Shown here piece after piece: positions 16,274 through 25,778 of a stretch of DNA of 34,145 bases. The first letter of the stretch is position 1; each line of letters starts with the position of its first letter. The translations under genes and the position numbers were made by a program. The notes under the pieces were generated by a model. The model was not told the origin of the DNA and did not search any database. It was given only the letters and a program-made list of their open reading frames with translations. Source of the stretch: Actinomycetota bacterium (lineage in GTDB: Bacteria > Actinomycetota > Acidimicrobiia > Acidimicrobiales > CADCSY01); contig JAHWJR010000004.1 in assembly GCA_019348335.1 (NCBI GenBank), positions 1-34,145 on the forward strand. The letters run 5' to 3'.

Positions 16274-19201
16274 TCAGCCCCGCTCGATGCGCACCCGCAC
16301 CGTGGCATCCCGGTCGAGCACCAGCTCGGCGGTGGCGGTCCCAGACCTCGTCACGGTGGCGCCCTCGGCCTCGGCGATGCGCCAGCCGGCCGGCACCTCG
16401 AGGGTCACGCTCATCTCCTCGGGTACGAGCAAGGGCTGGTGCAGCAGGTCGAGCTCGTACCACCCGCCGGGGGCGAGTGGCGCCTCGCCCTGGAGGTCGA
16501 CGGTCACCGTCCTCGAGGACAGGGAGGGCAGGTCGAAGAACTCCGAGTACACCCGCCGGCCCAGCTCGTCCTCGGCCTCCATCGACAGGGGCTCCCCGTC
16601 GAGCGTGGCGCCGGTGAAGTCGAACGGGGTGTACACCGACAGGTAGGTCGTGTTGAGACCAGCGGGGTTGCCCGGGAAGAACGGCCCGATGATGTACTGG
16701 GGCAGGCCCTCGGCGGGAGCGGTGTTCTCCAGGGTGACCTCGAGCTGGCTGGTCACCTGCACCCCGTCTGCCGTCGGCACCAGCTCGGCGGCGTAGCTGG
16801 AGCGCCGGCGCAGGTAGTAATCGAGCTTGTTGCCGCCGGCGTTCTGGTTGATCAACAGGACCGAGTCGGATGGTACGGGCTCCACCTCGCCCGCCAGGCC
16901 CACCCGCTCGACCAGCGCCTGCTCCTCGGCCCGGGTGAACCAGACCCGCAGGTGGCCGCCGGCGACGGCGTCGGAGAGGGTCTCGATGATGCGGGCGGGG
17001 TTGCCGAGCTCACGAGCGCTGAAGGCGTCGACGGCGGCCCGGGCCACGTCGCCGAGGAAGTCGATCCGGTCCTCGTTGTCGGCTTCGAAGGCGATGTAGG
17101 CCTGGTTGAGGCTGATGTCGACCACGTTGTCGGCGGTGATGGGCTCGGGCCAGACGTCGACGGTGACCGGTCCGGTGAGCCGGAGGAACGCGGCCAGCCC
17201 GACGGGGTCGATGCCCACCACCCCGTCGATGGGCCGCCCGCCCGACTGGGGATAGAGGTGGGAGATCACCTCGGCCACGGTGGGGAAGTCGGGTGAGAAG
17301 TTCACGCTCTGCCATGTGGTGGCCACCTCGAAGCGGGTGTAACGGGCGAGGTAGTCGTCGGGGGCCTCGACGGTGCGGACCTCCGCTCCTCCCTCGTTGA
17401 GGTCGCGCACCCGGCCCAGGTGCTCCAGGCGGAGCCGGCCCTGGTCGGCGACCAGCTCCCCGTAGTTGCCCATGAACCCCCCGGTGGCCCGCAGCTCGGC
17501 GTTGTTCTCCACGCTGAGGAAGTAGTGACGGGGGCCGCCGCCGCCGAGCACGGGCGGGAGCACCTCGGCCGCCAACGCCGCCACCTCGGCCTCGTCGGCG
17601 GTCTCGGCCAGCCGGTCGTCCAGCCCCACCAGCCGGTCCCGCACCACGGGCACCAGGTGAGCCTGCTCGATGCCGGCCGTTCGCTCGTGGGCCCGGCGCA
17701 GCGTGGCGGCGGTGTCGGCCAGCCCGGGCGCCAGCCGGCGGATCTCCTCCAGGGGGACGACGCCGCCCGAGACCTGGAGCGTGCCGGGCGCCGCCCGTGC
17801 CGCCGCTGCGCCCGAGGTCACCAGGTCGGCGCCCACCCCGGTCAGGGTCCGGGCCGCGGCCAGGTTGGGGCCCAGCAGGGGCACGCCGAGGCCCAGCGAG
17901 GTCAGCGGCCCCCGGAGCCGGCCGTCGGCGACCACGAAGGCGTCCCGGGCCTCCTCGAAGGCAGCGCCGGCGGTGTCGACCTCTCCCTGGCGGGCGCGAG
18001 CCAGGCCCCGCTCGGCGGCGGCTGCTCCGTCGGCGATGGTGGTGGCGCTGGTGGCCAGGGCCAGGGTGGCGGGCACCACCAGGACGGCGGCGCCGGCGAC
18101 CAGCCCGAGCAGGGCCAGGCGGGCGGTGGTTGGGAACCTGGGCGTGGCCGACGAGTGCACCTGGCCCCGGGCGAGGGCGAGGACCACGACCGACAGCACT
18201 GCCGCCGCCAGGACGGGAGTGGCGACGAGCAGGTCGCCCCGGTCGGCCACCACGGCGGCCGCGCCTACCAGGATTTGGGCGCCACCCAGCACCACGAGCA
18301 CCAGCAACCACGGCAGGCGGGCCGTCCGCAGCCGGTGGGGGAGGCCGTCGGGACGGCGCTGGGTGAGGGGCCGCCGGCGGCGGAGGCGGTCGAGGGCCAC
18401 CACCAGGAGGTTGAGCACCGGGATGACCACCACGGGCAACACCACGGCGAGGCTGAGCGGGCTGGGCGTGGCCGGCTCCACGGCGGTGACCAGGCCGGCC
18501 AGGGCGAAACCGGCGAAGAGGCACCCGGAGTCGCCCAGCCAGAACGGATGGCGGATGCCGGCCACCAGCATGCCGGCCAGGCCGGCGGCGAGGGCGAGGG
18601 CGGGGACGGCCACCTCGGGCTGGCCGGCGCCGGCGGCGATCACGCCCAGGGCGGCGGCGGCCGGCGCCAGCACGGCGGCAGCGGCACGGGGGGCGGCGTC
18701 GAGGAGCCGGGTGGCCTCGACCAGGGTCACGACCACGATCACGACCACGAGGGCATCGGTGGCGTCGGTGGCGGTGACCGAGGTGGTGATGCCCAGTGCC
18801 ACGATGACGAGGGCTGCCACCACTTCGGCGCCCACGCGGAGCGACGGCAGGAGGCGACGCCGATCCCCGGCCAGGCCGAGCAAGCCGAGGGCCACGGCCA
18901 CGGCCAGGATGGGCAGTGCCGGCCCTTCGGGAGCTCCGGCCCACAGCGCGCCGGCGACCGTGGCCACCATCAGCACGCTCCCGTTGGACGGTCCCCGCCG
19001 GCGCCGGCGTGAGGCGTCAGGCTGTTCAGCGAGGCGCTCGGCCCGCAGCGACAGCCCGGTGACGACCACGGCGACAGCGGCGGCGACGGCCGCCACCGCC
19101 AGGAGCTGGGCGGTGGGCACTAGCGGGGAACGACGGCCGTGCAGCCGGGGGAGGGGAGCACGCCGGAATGGTTGCAGGCCCCACCGCCCGCAGCACGTCA
19201 C
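16274..19201 (-). CDS. Fusion protein: degenerate MraY/WecA-like polytopic domain + DUF4012-like extracytoplasmic domain
   Basis: The N-terminal ~340 aa are polytopic and retain the WLGDSGCLFAGFALAGL motif. The C-terminal ~600 aa contain HYFLSVENNAELRATGGFMGNYGELV, typical of DUF4012. GTG start at 19201; internal starts are possible. Confidence 0.65.
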   Translation of the reverse strand: MTCCGRWGLQPFRRAPLPRLHGRRSPLVPTAQLLAVAAVAAAVAVVVTGLSLRAERLAEQPDASRRRRRGPSNGSVLMVATVAGALWAGAPEGPALPILAVAVALGLLGLAGDRRRLLPSLRVGAEVVAALVIVALGITTSVTATDATDALVVVIVVVTLVEATRLLDAAPRAAAAVLAPAAAALGVIAAGAGQPEVAVPALALAAGLAGMLVAGIRHPFWLGDSGCLFAGFALAGLVTAVEPATPSPLSLAVVLPVVVIPVLNLLVVALDRLRRRRPLTQRRPDGLPHRLRTARLPWLLVLVVLGGAQILVGAAAVVADRGDLLVATPVLAAAVLSVVVLALARGQVHSSATPRFPTTARLALLGLVAGAAVLVVPATLALATSATTIADGAAAAERGLARARQGEVDTAGAAFEEARDAFVVADGRLRGPLTSLGLGVPLLGPNLAAARTLTGVGADLVTSGAAAARAAPGTLQVSGGVVPLEEIRRLAPGLADTAATLRRAHERTAGIEQAHLVPVVRDRLVGLDDRLAETADEAEVAALAAEVLPPVLGGGGPRHYFLSVENNAELRATGGFMGNYGELVADQGRLRLEHLGRVRDLNEGGAEVRTVEAPDDYLARYTRFEVATTWQSVNFSPDFPTVAEVISHLYPQSGGRPIDGVVGIDPVGLAAFLRLTGPVTVDVWPEPITADNVVDISLNQAYIAFEADNEDRIDFLGDVARAAVDAFSARELGNPARIIETLSDAVAGGHLRVWFTRAEEQALVERVGLAGEVEPVPSDSVLLINQNAGGNKLDYYLRRRSSYAAELVPTADGVQVTSQLEVTLENTAPAEGLPQYIIGPFFPGNPAGLNTTYLSVYTPFDFTGATLDGEPLSMEAEDELGRRVYSEFFDLPSLSSRTVTVDLQGEAPLAPGGWYELDLLHQPLLVPEEMSVTLEVPAGWRIAEAEGATVTRSGTATAELVLDRDATVRVRIERG

Positions 19202-19274
19202 ACAACGCGCACTGGGCGACGGGCGTGGGCCATGCCGCAGATGGCAAGGCGCTCGCCGGTACCATCACCGGGCG

Positions 19275-21032
19275 ATGGCCCCCCTCGACGACTCGGAGGA
19301 GATCGAGCTCCGCGACTACCTGGCGGTGCTCCGGCGGCGCAAGTGGTCGGTCCTGGTCTCGGTGGCGGTCGTCGTCCTCGCCGCCGTGGCGGTCAGCCTG
19401 GTGCAGACCCCCGTGTACGAGGCCAGCGCCGAGGTGCTGCTCCAACCCCGGTCGTCCGAGGAGATCTTCTCGCCCGACGCCGACCAGGTGCAGTTCCGCG
19501 TCGACCAGACCCGCGTGAACAACGCGGTGGCGGTGATGAGGTCCCGCTCGGTGCGCGAGGCGGTGGCAGCCGAGTTGGGCAAGGAGCCGGAGGTCACGAT
19601 TCGTCCCCAGGAGGTTTCGGACGTCGTCACCATCAGCGCCGAGAGCACCGACCCTGCCGAGGCGGCCAACGTGGCCACCACCTATGCCCAGACCTACATC
19701 GCCAGCCGGCGCCAGGCCCTGGTCGACGACCTGCTCGCCGCCAGCGAGGAGGTGCAGGCCAAGGTCGACGACATCGAGCGCCAGATCAATGACCTCGACG
19801 CCGCCATCACCGACATTGACCGGAGGATCGGGGAGGCCGACCTGGCCTCTGAGCGGCAGGCCCTGCAGGCCGAGCGCCAGCGACTCGAGGGGGACAACGC
19901 CGCGGTCCGCCAGACACTGCAGAACCAGCGCAACGCCTACGCCGAGCAACTCGACCGGCTACAGCTGGCCCGGAACCTGACCCAGACCGGCGGTGCCCAG
20001 CTGGTGTCGGCGGCGGCCGAGCCGACGACGCCGGTGCGCCCGAAGCCCGTTCGCAACGCCGTGCTGGCGCTGGTGGTGGGGCTGATGTTGGGCGTGGCCG
20101 TGGCCTTCCTGCGTGAGCACCTCGACGACACGGTCAAGGGCAAGGACGACCTGGACCGGGTGATGCCCGGCGTCACCGTGCTCGGCCTCATCCCTGCGGT
20201 GGCGGGCTGGAAGGACCGTGCGACCCCCCGCGTGGTGTCGGTCAGCGATCCCACCTCGCAGGTCGCCGAGGCCTACCGCTCCTTGCGCACGTCGGTGCAG
20301 TTCCTCTCACTCGACGACCCGCTCCGCATCATCCAGCTCACCAGTCCCAACGCCTCCGAGGGCAAGACCACCACGCTGGCCAACTTGGCCGTGGCCCTGT
20401 CCCGGGCCGGCCAACGGGTGGTGGTGGTGTGCTGCGACCTGCGCCGGCCGCGTGTCCACGAGTTCTTCGGGCTCGACAATGCCGTGGGGTTCACCTCGGT
20501 GCTGCTGGGCGAGGTCCCGCTGTCGGCCGCCCTTCAACAGGTGCAGGGCGAGCGCCTGGCCCTGCTGGCGTCCGGCCCGCCGCCCCCCAACCCCTCCGAA
20601 CTGCTGGCGTCCAAGCGGACCAGCGACCTGCTCACCGCGCTGCGCCGGGAGTGTGACGTGGTCCTGGTCGATTCGCCCCCGGTGCTGCCGGTGACCGACG
20701 CCATGGTGCTTTCGCGCATGGTCGACGCCACCATCCTCGTCGGCACGGCCGGACAGACCACCCGGCGTGAGTACCAGCGCAGCTTCGAGATGCTCCAGCA
20801 GGTCGACGCCAACCTGGTCGGGACCGTGCTCAACGGGGTGGAGCAGGGCGGAGGCTACGGCTACGGGTACGGGTACGGGTACCGGCAGGTTGAAGGTGCC
20901 AAAGGGAAGGCCGACCGGGCGTCGCCCAACGGTGCGGGCGCCAATGGCGCCGAGCCAACCGGGAACGGCAGCCGCCGTCGACCCGCTCCCTCCTCCACGA
21001 GTGCACCGCCGGGCGGCGTGGCAGGGCACTGA
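19275..21032 (+). CDS. Polysaccharide co-polymerase / BY-family tyrosine autokinase, copy 2
   Basis: ATG 19275 gives MAPLDDSEEIELRDYLAVLRRRKWSVL, collinear with copy 1. Walker A SPNASEGKTTTLANLA, A' VVCCDLRRPR, B VVLVDSPPVLP. Tyr cluster GGYGYGYGYGYRQ. The upstream 1.6 kb of the 1120-aa track ORF is antisense to the DUF4012 gene. Confidence 0.9.
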   Translation: MAPLDDSEEIELRDYLAVLRRRKWSVLVSVAVVVLAAVAVSLVQTPVYEASAEVLLQPRSSEEIFSPDADQVQFRVDQTRVNNAVAVMRSRSVREAVAAELGKEPEVTIRPQEVSDVVTISAESTDPAEAANVATTYAQTYIASRRQALVDDLLAASEEVQAKVDDIERQINDLDAAITDIDRRIGEADLASERQALQAERQRLEGDNAAVRQTLQNQRNAYAEQLDRLQLARNLTQTGGAQLVSAAAEPTTPVRPKPVRNAVLALVVGLMLGVAVAFLREHLDDTVKGKDDLDRVMPGVTVLGLIPAVAGWKDRATPRVVSVSDPTSQVAEAYRSLRTSVQFLSLDDPLRIIQLTSPNASEGKTTTLANLAVALSRAGQRVVVVCCDLRRPRVHEFFGLDNAVGFTSVLLGEVPLSAALQQVQGERLALLASGPPPPNPSELLASKRTSDLLTALRRECDVVLVDSPPVLPVTDAMVLSRMVDATILVGTAGQTTRREYQRSFEMLQQVDANLVGTVLNGVEQGGGYGYGYGYGYRQVEGAKGKADRASPNGAGANGAEPTGNGSRRRPAPSSTSAPPGGVAGH

Positions 21033-21161
21033 CCCGGGCGGCGCCGAGACCTCCAGATGGTGAGTCTCGACCGTTACAGTGCGGTTGTGGGTGTGGGTGA
21101 CACGAAAGCTTCGACGCAGACGCCACCGCAGGCCAGCGTCGAAGAGCCGCAGAGCGCCGAA

Positions 21162-22436
21162 ATGCATGGGCCTGGTAGGAGTGTGCTCTTCGTGGGCATC
21201 AACTACGCCCCGGAAGAGACCGGGATCGCTCCTTACACCACCGATCTGGCGGAGCACCTTGCGGCCCGGGGGTGGCAGGTGACCGTCCTGGCAGGAATGC
21301 CGCACTACCCACGCTGGCGCGTGAGCTCGGCCTACCGCCGCCGTTTCCGTGCGCGGGAGGAGCGCAATGGTGTCGAGGTCCAGCGTTTCCGCCACTACGT
21401 CCCCCGGTCCCAGTCCGCAGCCCGGCGGGGCCTGTATGAGCTGACGTTCCTCGCCCATGGGGCCACCGCGACGTCCCTTCGTCGTCCAGACTGCGTGGTG
21501 GGCGTGGTGCCGAGCCTCAGCGGTGGAGTGATCGCGCGGCTCCAGGCCCGGAGGTTCCGTGTCCCGTACGGCTTGATCATCCAGGACCTCGTGAGCCCGG
21601 CGGCAGCTCAGAGCGGGGTTCCCGGCGCCGCCGCGATGGCCAGGCCGGTGCGTGCTGTCGAAGCCGGCATAGCGCGACGTGCCACTGCCATCTCAGTCAT
21701 CACGCAGAGCTTCCGGCCCTACCTGCTCGATGCGGGCGTCGACGCCGACCGCATCGTCGACGTTCCGAACTGGACCCATGTCTCCAGACCGAGCGGTCGA
21801 GCCGGTGAGATCCGGCGCTCCTGGGGTTGGGACGAGGATGTCTCTGTGGTCCTCCATGCCGGCAACATGGGGTACAAGCAAGGGCTGGACAATGTCGTGG
21901 AAATGGCGCGGCTCGCCGGTGCGGAGGGCCGACCGCTGCGGTTCGTGCTGATGGGTGACGGCAGCGATCGCAAACGCCTGGAGTCGCTGGGGCAGGACGT
22001 GGACGCGCTGGAGTTCCTTGATCCGCAGCCAGCGGAGGTCTTCATGGACGTCCTTGCCGCCGCCGACGTCCTCGTGCTGAACGAGCGGGCGAGCGTACGA
22101 GACATGTCGCTTCCCGGAAAGATCACGTCGTACTTCCTCTCCGGGCGTCCCGTGGTGGCTGCGGTGCGTCGCGACGGGGTCACAGCTCGGGAGCTGGAGC
22201 GTTCAGGAGGCGCGCTGGTGGTGGCGCCGGAGGATCCGGCGACGTTGCTCGACGCTGTTTCGGACCTTGTGGCCGACCAGCACCTGAAGGACCGTCTGGT
22301 GAGCGCGGCGAGCGTCTTCGCTGAGCAACACCTCGATCGGTCCACGCTGCTTGCCCGTGCGGAGCGCTTCGTCGCGGGGCTGGCCAGTGGGGGCAGTGGC
22401 ACTCAGCCCATCGAGGCAACGACGATCTCGCAATGA
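21162..22436 (+). CDS. GT4-family glycosyltransferase (WcaI/WbuB-like)
   Basis: VLFVGINYAPEETGIAPYTTDLAEHLAARGWQVTVLAGMPHYPRWRV is the characteristic WcaI-type N-terminus. I prefer ATG 21162; ATG 21057 is the longest option. Confidence 0.85.
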   Translation: MHGPGRSVLFVGINYAPEETGIAPYTTDLAEHLAARGWQVTVLAGMPHYPRWRVSSAYRRRFRAREERNGVEVQRFRHYVPRSQSAARRGLYELTFLAHGATATSLRRPDCVVGVVPSLSGGVIARLQARRFRVPYGLIIQDLVSPAAAQSGVPGAAAMARPVRAVEAGIARRATAISVITQSFRPYLLDAGVDADRIVDVPNWTHVSRPSGRAGEIRRSWGWDEDVSVVLHAGNMGYKQGLDNVVEMARLAGAEGRPLRFVLMGDGSDRKRLESLGQDVDALEFLDPQPAEVFMDVLAAADVLVLNERASVRDMSLPGKITSYFLSGRPVVAAVRRDGVTARELERSGGALVVAPEDPATLLDAVSDLVADQHLKDRLVSAASVFAEQHLDRSTLLARAERFVAGLASGGSGTQPIEATTISQ

Positions 22437-23800
22437 CGGCTTCCGTGGTCCGGCCTGGGAGAATGGCCGCCGGGGGGCGGGCCGCATGGGGGGTCGTAGA
22501 CCAGGTCTTGTCGAGTGCCACCAACGTGGTGCTCGGGGTCGTCGTCGCCCGTTCCGTCTCGCTGGAGCACTTCGGCGCATTTTCCGCGGTCTATCTCACG
22601 TACATCCTCTTGGGACTTTTGTCTCGTGCTGCCAGCTCCGAGGTGTTGATCGTGCGCTACAGCGCCTCGCCACCGAGCGAACAGCGGCAAGGAGTGCAGG
22701 CCTCGGTGGGTACGGCGCTGCTCACCGGGTTCGTAGGCGCAGCGATCTGCGTGGCCGTGGCGCTGCTCACCGGAGGCGTGTTGCGTTCCGGGTTCTTGGT
22801 GCTGGCTCTTTGCATGCCTGGCCTGTTCCTGCAGGACGCCTGGCGCTTCGCCTTCTTCGTCCAAGGCCGTCCCGCCGCAGCAGCCACAAACGACCTGCTG
22901 TGGGCCGTGGTGCAATTTTCAGCCCTGGCCGCGGTGGCCGCGGTGGCCGAGGTGTCCGTCGTGACCGCCATCCTGGCGTGGGGCGTCGGTGCCTATGCCT
23001 GCTCAGCGATTGGCGCCCTTCAGGCGCGCGCCCTTCCCGCGCCTGGCCAGGCCCGATGGTGGTGGCGTTCCCACCGCGATCTCATTCCTCGTTTCGTGGC
23101 GGAGTACGCCGTCGGCCGAGGGTCAGGGCAGCTGTCGTTTTTCCTCATCGCTGCGGTGACCAGCCTTGCCGCCTTCGGCGCCCTCCGAGCAGCCAACTTG
23201 CTGCTGGGCCCGTTGAATGTGCTCTTCGCCAGCGTGGCCGTGGTAGCCGTCCCCGAAGCAGTGCGGCTGTACCGGCGCGCTCCCGCCCGTGTGTGGAACC
23301 TCTGCTTGGTCTCCGCAGCCGCTATGGCAGGTGTCGCGGTGCTGGCGGGTGGTGCCCTCATGGTGCTGCCTGATGCAATCGGCCAGTCGTTTCTGGGCGA
23401 CAGCTGGCCAGGGGCGCGCCAGGTGGTGCTTCCGCTGAGTCTTGCTGCCGCCGCGCTGGCGACGCAGATGGCCTCCCTCATCGGTCTGCGGGCCATGGCA
23501 CTTGCTCGACGCAGCCTGAACGCTCGCCTCGCAGTCGCGCCCGTTCGACTGGGGTTCGCGACGGGTGGCGCCGTGCTCGGTGGAGCCGTGGGCGCGGCTT
23601 GGGGACTTGCAGCGGCGGAGATCGCGGGTGCGATCGTCCACTGGCGACAATTGGCGATGGGTTCGGCGCAAGACCTGGCGGCCTCCTCGGAAAGCCCGCG
23701 AGACGCCCGCGCAGCAGCGGATGTTTCCGCCGCCTCAGGAACCGCTGTTACAGCGTCGACGAAGGGCGCGGAGGGAGCTGGCATGGGGGTGTCGTTGTGA
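22433..23800 (+). CDS. Wzx-type oligosaccharide flippase (MOP superfamily polysaccharide biosynthesis protein)
   Basis: About 12-14 hydrophobic helices. N-terminus WGVVDQVLSSATNVVLGVVVARSVSLEHFGAFSAVY. ATGA overlap with the upstream GT gene. Confidence 0.8.
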   Translation: MTASVVRPGRMAAGGRAAWGVVDQVLSSATNVVLGVVVARSVSLEHFGAFSAVYLTYILLGLLSRAASSEVLIVRYSASPPSEQRQGVQASVGTALLTGFVGAAICVAVALLTGGVLRSGFLVLALCMPGLFLQDAWRFAFFVQGRPAAAATNDLLWAVVQFSALAAVAAVAEVSVVTAILAWGVGAYACSAIGALQARALPAPGQARWWWRSHRDLIPRFVAEYAVGRGSGQLSFFLIAAVTSLAAFGALRAANLLLGPLNVLFASVAVVAVPEAVRLYRRAPARVWNLCLVSAAAMAGVAVLAGGALMVLPDAIGQSFLGDSWPGARQVVLPLSLAAAALATQMASLIGLRAMALARRSLNARLAVAPVRLGFATGGAVLGGAVGAAWGLAAAEIAGAIVHWRQLAMGSAQDLAASSESPRDARAAADVSAASGTAVTASTKGAEGAGMGVSL

Positions 23801-24972
23801 GGGTCCTCCATGTCATCGACAGTCTGGACCTTCGGATGGGAGGTACGGCTCGGGCCGCCCTGGACACGTGTGCCGGGTTGGTGACGCACGGCGTGGACGT
23901 CTCCCTTGTGTCCACCGCCGCTTCCGGCGACGACCTGAGCCACCTAAAGGGCGAGTACGCGGACGTCCCTAGCCGGGTCTTCGATCGCCGCTTCCCCCGC
24001 CACAACTTCCGCTCGCCCTCGCTCCGACGGTGGTTGGACGCCAACGTCGCCCACTTCGACCTGGTGGAGATCCATGGGGTCTTCTCTCTCGTTCCGCTTT
24101 ATGCCTCGCGCGCCTGCCGACGCGCCAGGACGCCTTACACCGTCCGGCCCCACGGGTCCCTTGACCCCTTCGACCTCCAGAAGCACACACTCGCCAAGAA
24201 GGTGCTTGGCCCGACTCTTTTCCGTTCGGTCCTGGAAGGCGCCGCGTCCTTGGTCCTGACATCGCAGAGCGAAGCAGATCGCGTGGTCACCTTCGGTACC
24301 AACCCCCGGAAGTCCATCCTGCCCCTGCCGGTGCCCCCGCCCCGGGAGCGTGGCGACGGCGCCGGGTTCCGGGCGCAGCATGGAATCCCTTCCGACGCGT
24401 CGGTGGTCCTCCTCCTGGGCCGCATCCACCCTAAGAAGGGCTTGCAGTTCCTTCTCCCGAGCTTGGCAGGGCTCAAGCCTTCGTTCCCCAATTTGTGGTT
24501 CATGGCGGTCGGCACGGGAGAACCGGCTCATATGGCGCAGATGAACCGCCTGCTTCACGAGCACGACATGGTGGACTGGAGCACTCGGTGCGGCTTCGCG
24601 ACGGGGTCAGCCAAGCAGTCCGCCTTCGCCGCCAGTGACGTCTTCGCACTTCCTTCCCTCAACGAGAACTTTGGCATTGCCGTGGTAGAGGCCATGTACG
24701 CCGGGCTGCCGGTCCTCGTCTCCGACGAGGTCTACATCCATGACGTCGTGTCGGCCGAAGGGTCCGGCGTCGTCTGCGAGCCGTCGTCGGCGTCGTGCCG
24801 GCCGGCCTTGCACCGGCTGCTCGCCGACGGCGGTGCCCGCCGGGAGATGGGCCGCCGAGGTCCCGAGACAGCTCACCGCCACTTTTCTCCTGAGCGGACG
24901 GTGGCAGCGTTGACGAAGGTCTACGATGAGCTCGTTACCATCCGCGATGGCTTGGTGGGGCGTCACGGATGA
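23797..24972 (+). CDS. GT4-family glycosyltransferase
   Basis: GTG 23797 overlaps the flippase stop (GTGA). VRVLHVIDSLDLRMGGTARAALD N-terminus and PSLNENFGIAVVEAMYAGLPVLVSDE E-x7-E region. Confidence 0.85.
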   Translation: MRVLHVIDSLDLRMGGTARAALDTCAGLVTHGVDVSLVSTAASGDDLSHLKGEYADVPSRVFDRRFPRHNFRSPSLRRWLDANVAHFDLVEIHGVFSLVPLYASRACRRARTPYTVRPHGSLDPFDLQKHTLAKKVLGPTLFRSVLEGAASLVLTSQSEADRVVTFGTNPRKSILPLPVPPPRERGDGAGFRAQHGIPSDASVVLLLGRIHPKKGLQFLLPSLAGLKPSFPNLWFMAVGTGEPAHMAQMNRLLHEHDMVDWSTRCGFATGSAKQSAFAASDVFALPSLNENFGIAVVEAMYAGLPVLVSDEVYIHDVVSAEGSGVVCEPSSASCRPALHRLLADGGARREMGRRGPETAHRHFSPERTVAALTKVYDELVTIRDGLVGRHG

Positions 24973-25778
24973 CGGTCGATTCGCCGCTCGACCACGAGAG
25001 CACGCCCGACGGGGGTCCGGTCCTTCGCCAGCTCTATCCTGAGCTTCGGGCGGGTGGTTTCAGCCGTGCCGACGGGAGCCTGCTGTTCTATGCCCGGGTG
25101 AACGCGTTGCTGTCTCCGGAGATGACGGTCCTGGATTTCGGAGCAGGGCGGGGTCGCGATGCTGTGGACGACCCAGTCGCCATTCGTCGTGAACTGCGGG
25201 TGATCAAGGGAAAGGTGGCGGAGGTCGTAGGTGTTGACATCGATCCGGTCGTGAAGAGCAATCCCTCTTTGGACCGGGCTCTCGTGGTGGAGGAGGACGC
25301 GCCGCTCCCCTTCGAGGACGGCTCGGTCGACCTGATCGTGTCCGACTTCTGCTTCGAGCACCTCCGCCGGCCGGCGCTTGCTGCTCGGGAGCTCACACGA
25401 GTTCTGCGACCCGGTGGCTGGCTGTGTGCCCGGACGCCCAACCGCTGGGGCTACATCGGCGTCGGCGCGAGGCTGGTACCGAACCGACTGCACACCCCAC
25501 TCCTGCGGAGGCTCCAGCCTGCACGGCAGGCGCACGACGTGTTTCCGACGGCGTACCGTCTGAACACCCGTCATGCCCTTCGCGAGCACTTCCCACCCGA
25601 AGCGTTCATCGACGTCAGTTACATGCACAACGGGATGCCCGCATACTTCGGTCACTCGATTTCAGCGTCAAGAACCGCCCGTGTTGTCATGCGGCACATG
25701 CCAGAGTCCCTGTCGTCACTGCTCTTCGTGTTCCTTCAACGTCGGGCCTCCGCCAACGGTGAGGCTGACGGCACGTGA
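24969..25778 (+). CDS. Class I SAM-dependent methyltransferase
   Basis: Motif I VLDFGAGRGRD and post-motif segment VDLIVSDFCFEHLRRPALAARELTRVLRPGGWL. ATGA overlap with the upstream gene. Confidence 0.8.
   Translation: MTVDSPLDHESTPDGGPVLRQLYPELRAGGFSRADGSLLFYARVNALLSPEMTVLDFGAGRGRDAVDDPVAIRRELRVIKGKVAEVVGVDIDPVVKSNPSLDRALVVEEDAPLPFEDGSVDLIVSDFCFEHLRRPALAARELTRVLRPGGWLCARTPNRWGYIGVGARLVPNRLHTPLLRRLQPARQAHDVFPTAYRLNTRHALREHFPPEAFIDVSYMHNGMPAYFGHSISASRTARVVMRHMPESLSSLLFVFLQRRASANGEADGT

Noticed and set aside
14291-17296. 1001-aa + strand ORF spanning the Wzy-like, LPXTG and DUF4012 genes
   Set aside because: The translation is low-complexity (G/R/H/Q/P/E-rich) with no motifs. It is antisense to three minus-strand ORFs with clear family signatures. 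Long open alternative frames are expected at this G+C content.
17010-19274. Several very long ORFs here: 17010-18944 (-), 17420-19012 (+), and the first 1.6 kb of the 1120-aa ORF 17670-21032 (+)
   Set aside because: They are R/G/P/A-rich nonsense-like translations overlapping the DUF4012 fusion gene. The BY-kinase homology in the 1120-aa ORF begins only at the ATG at 19275, collinear with copy 1.
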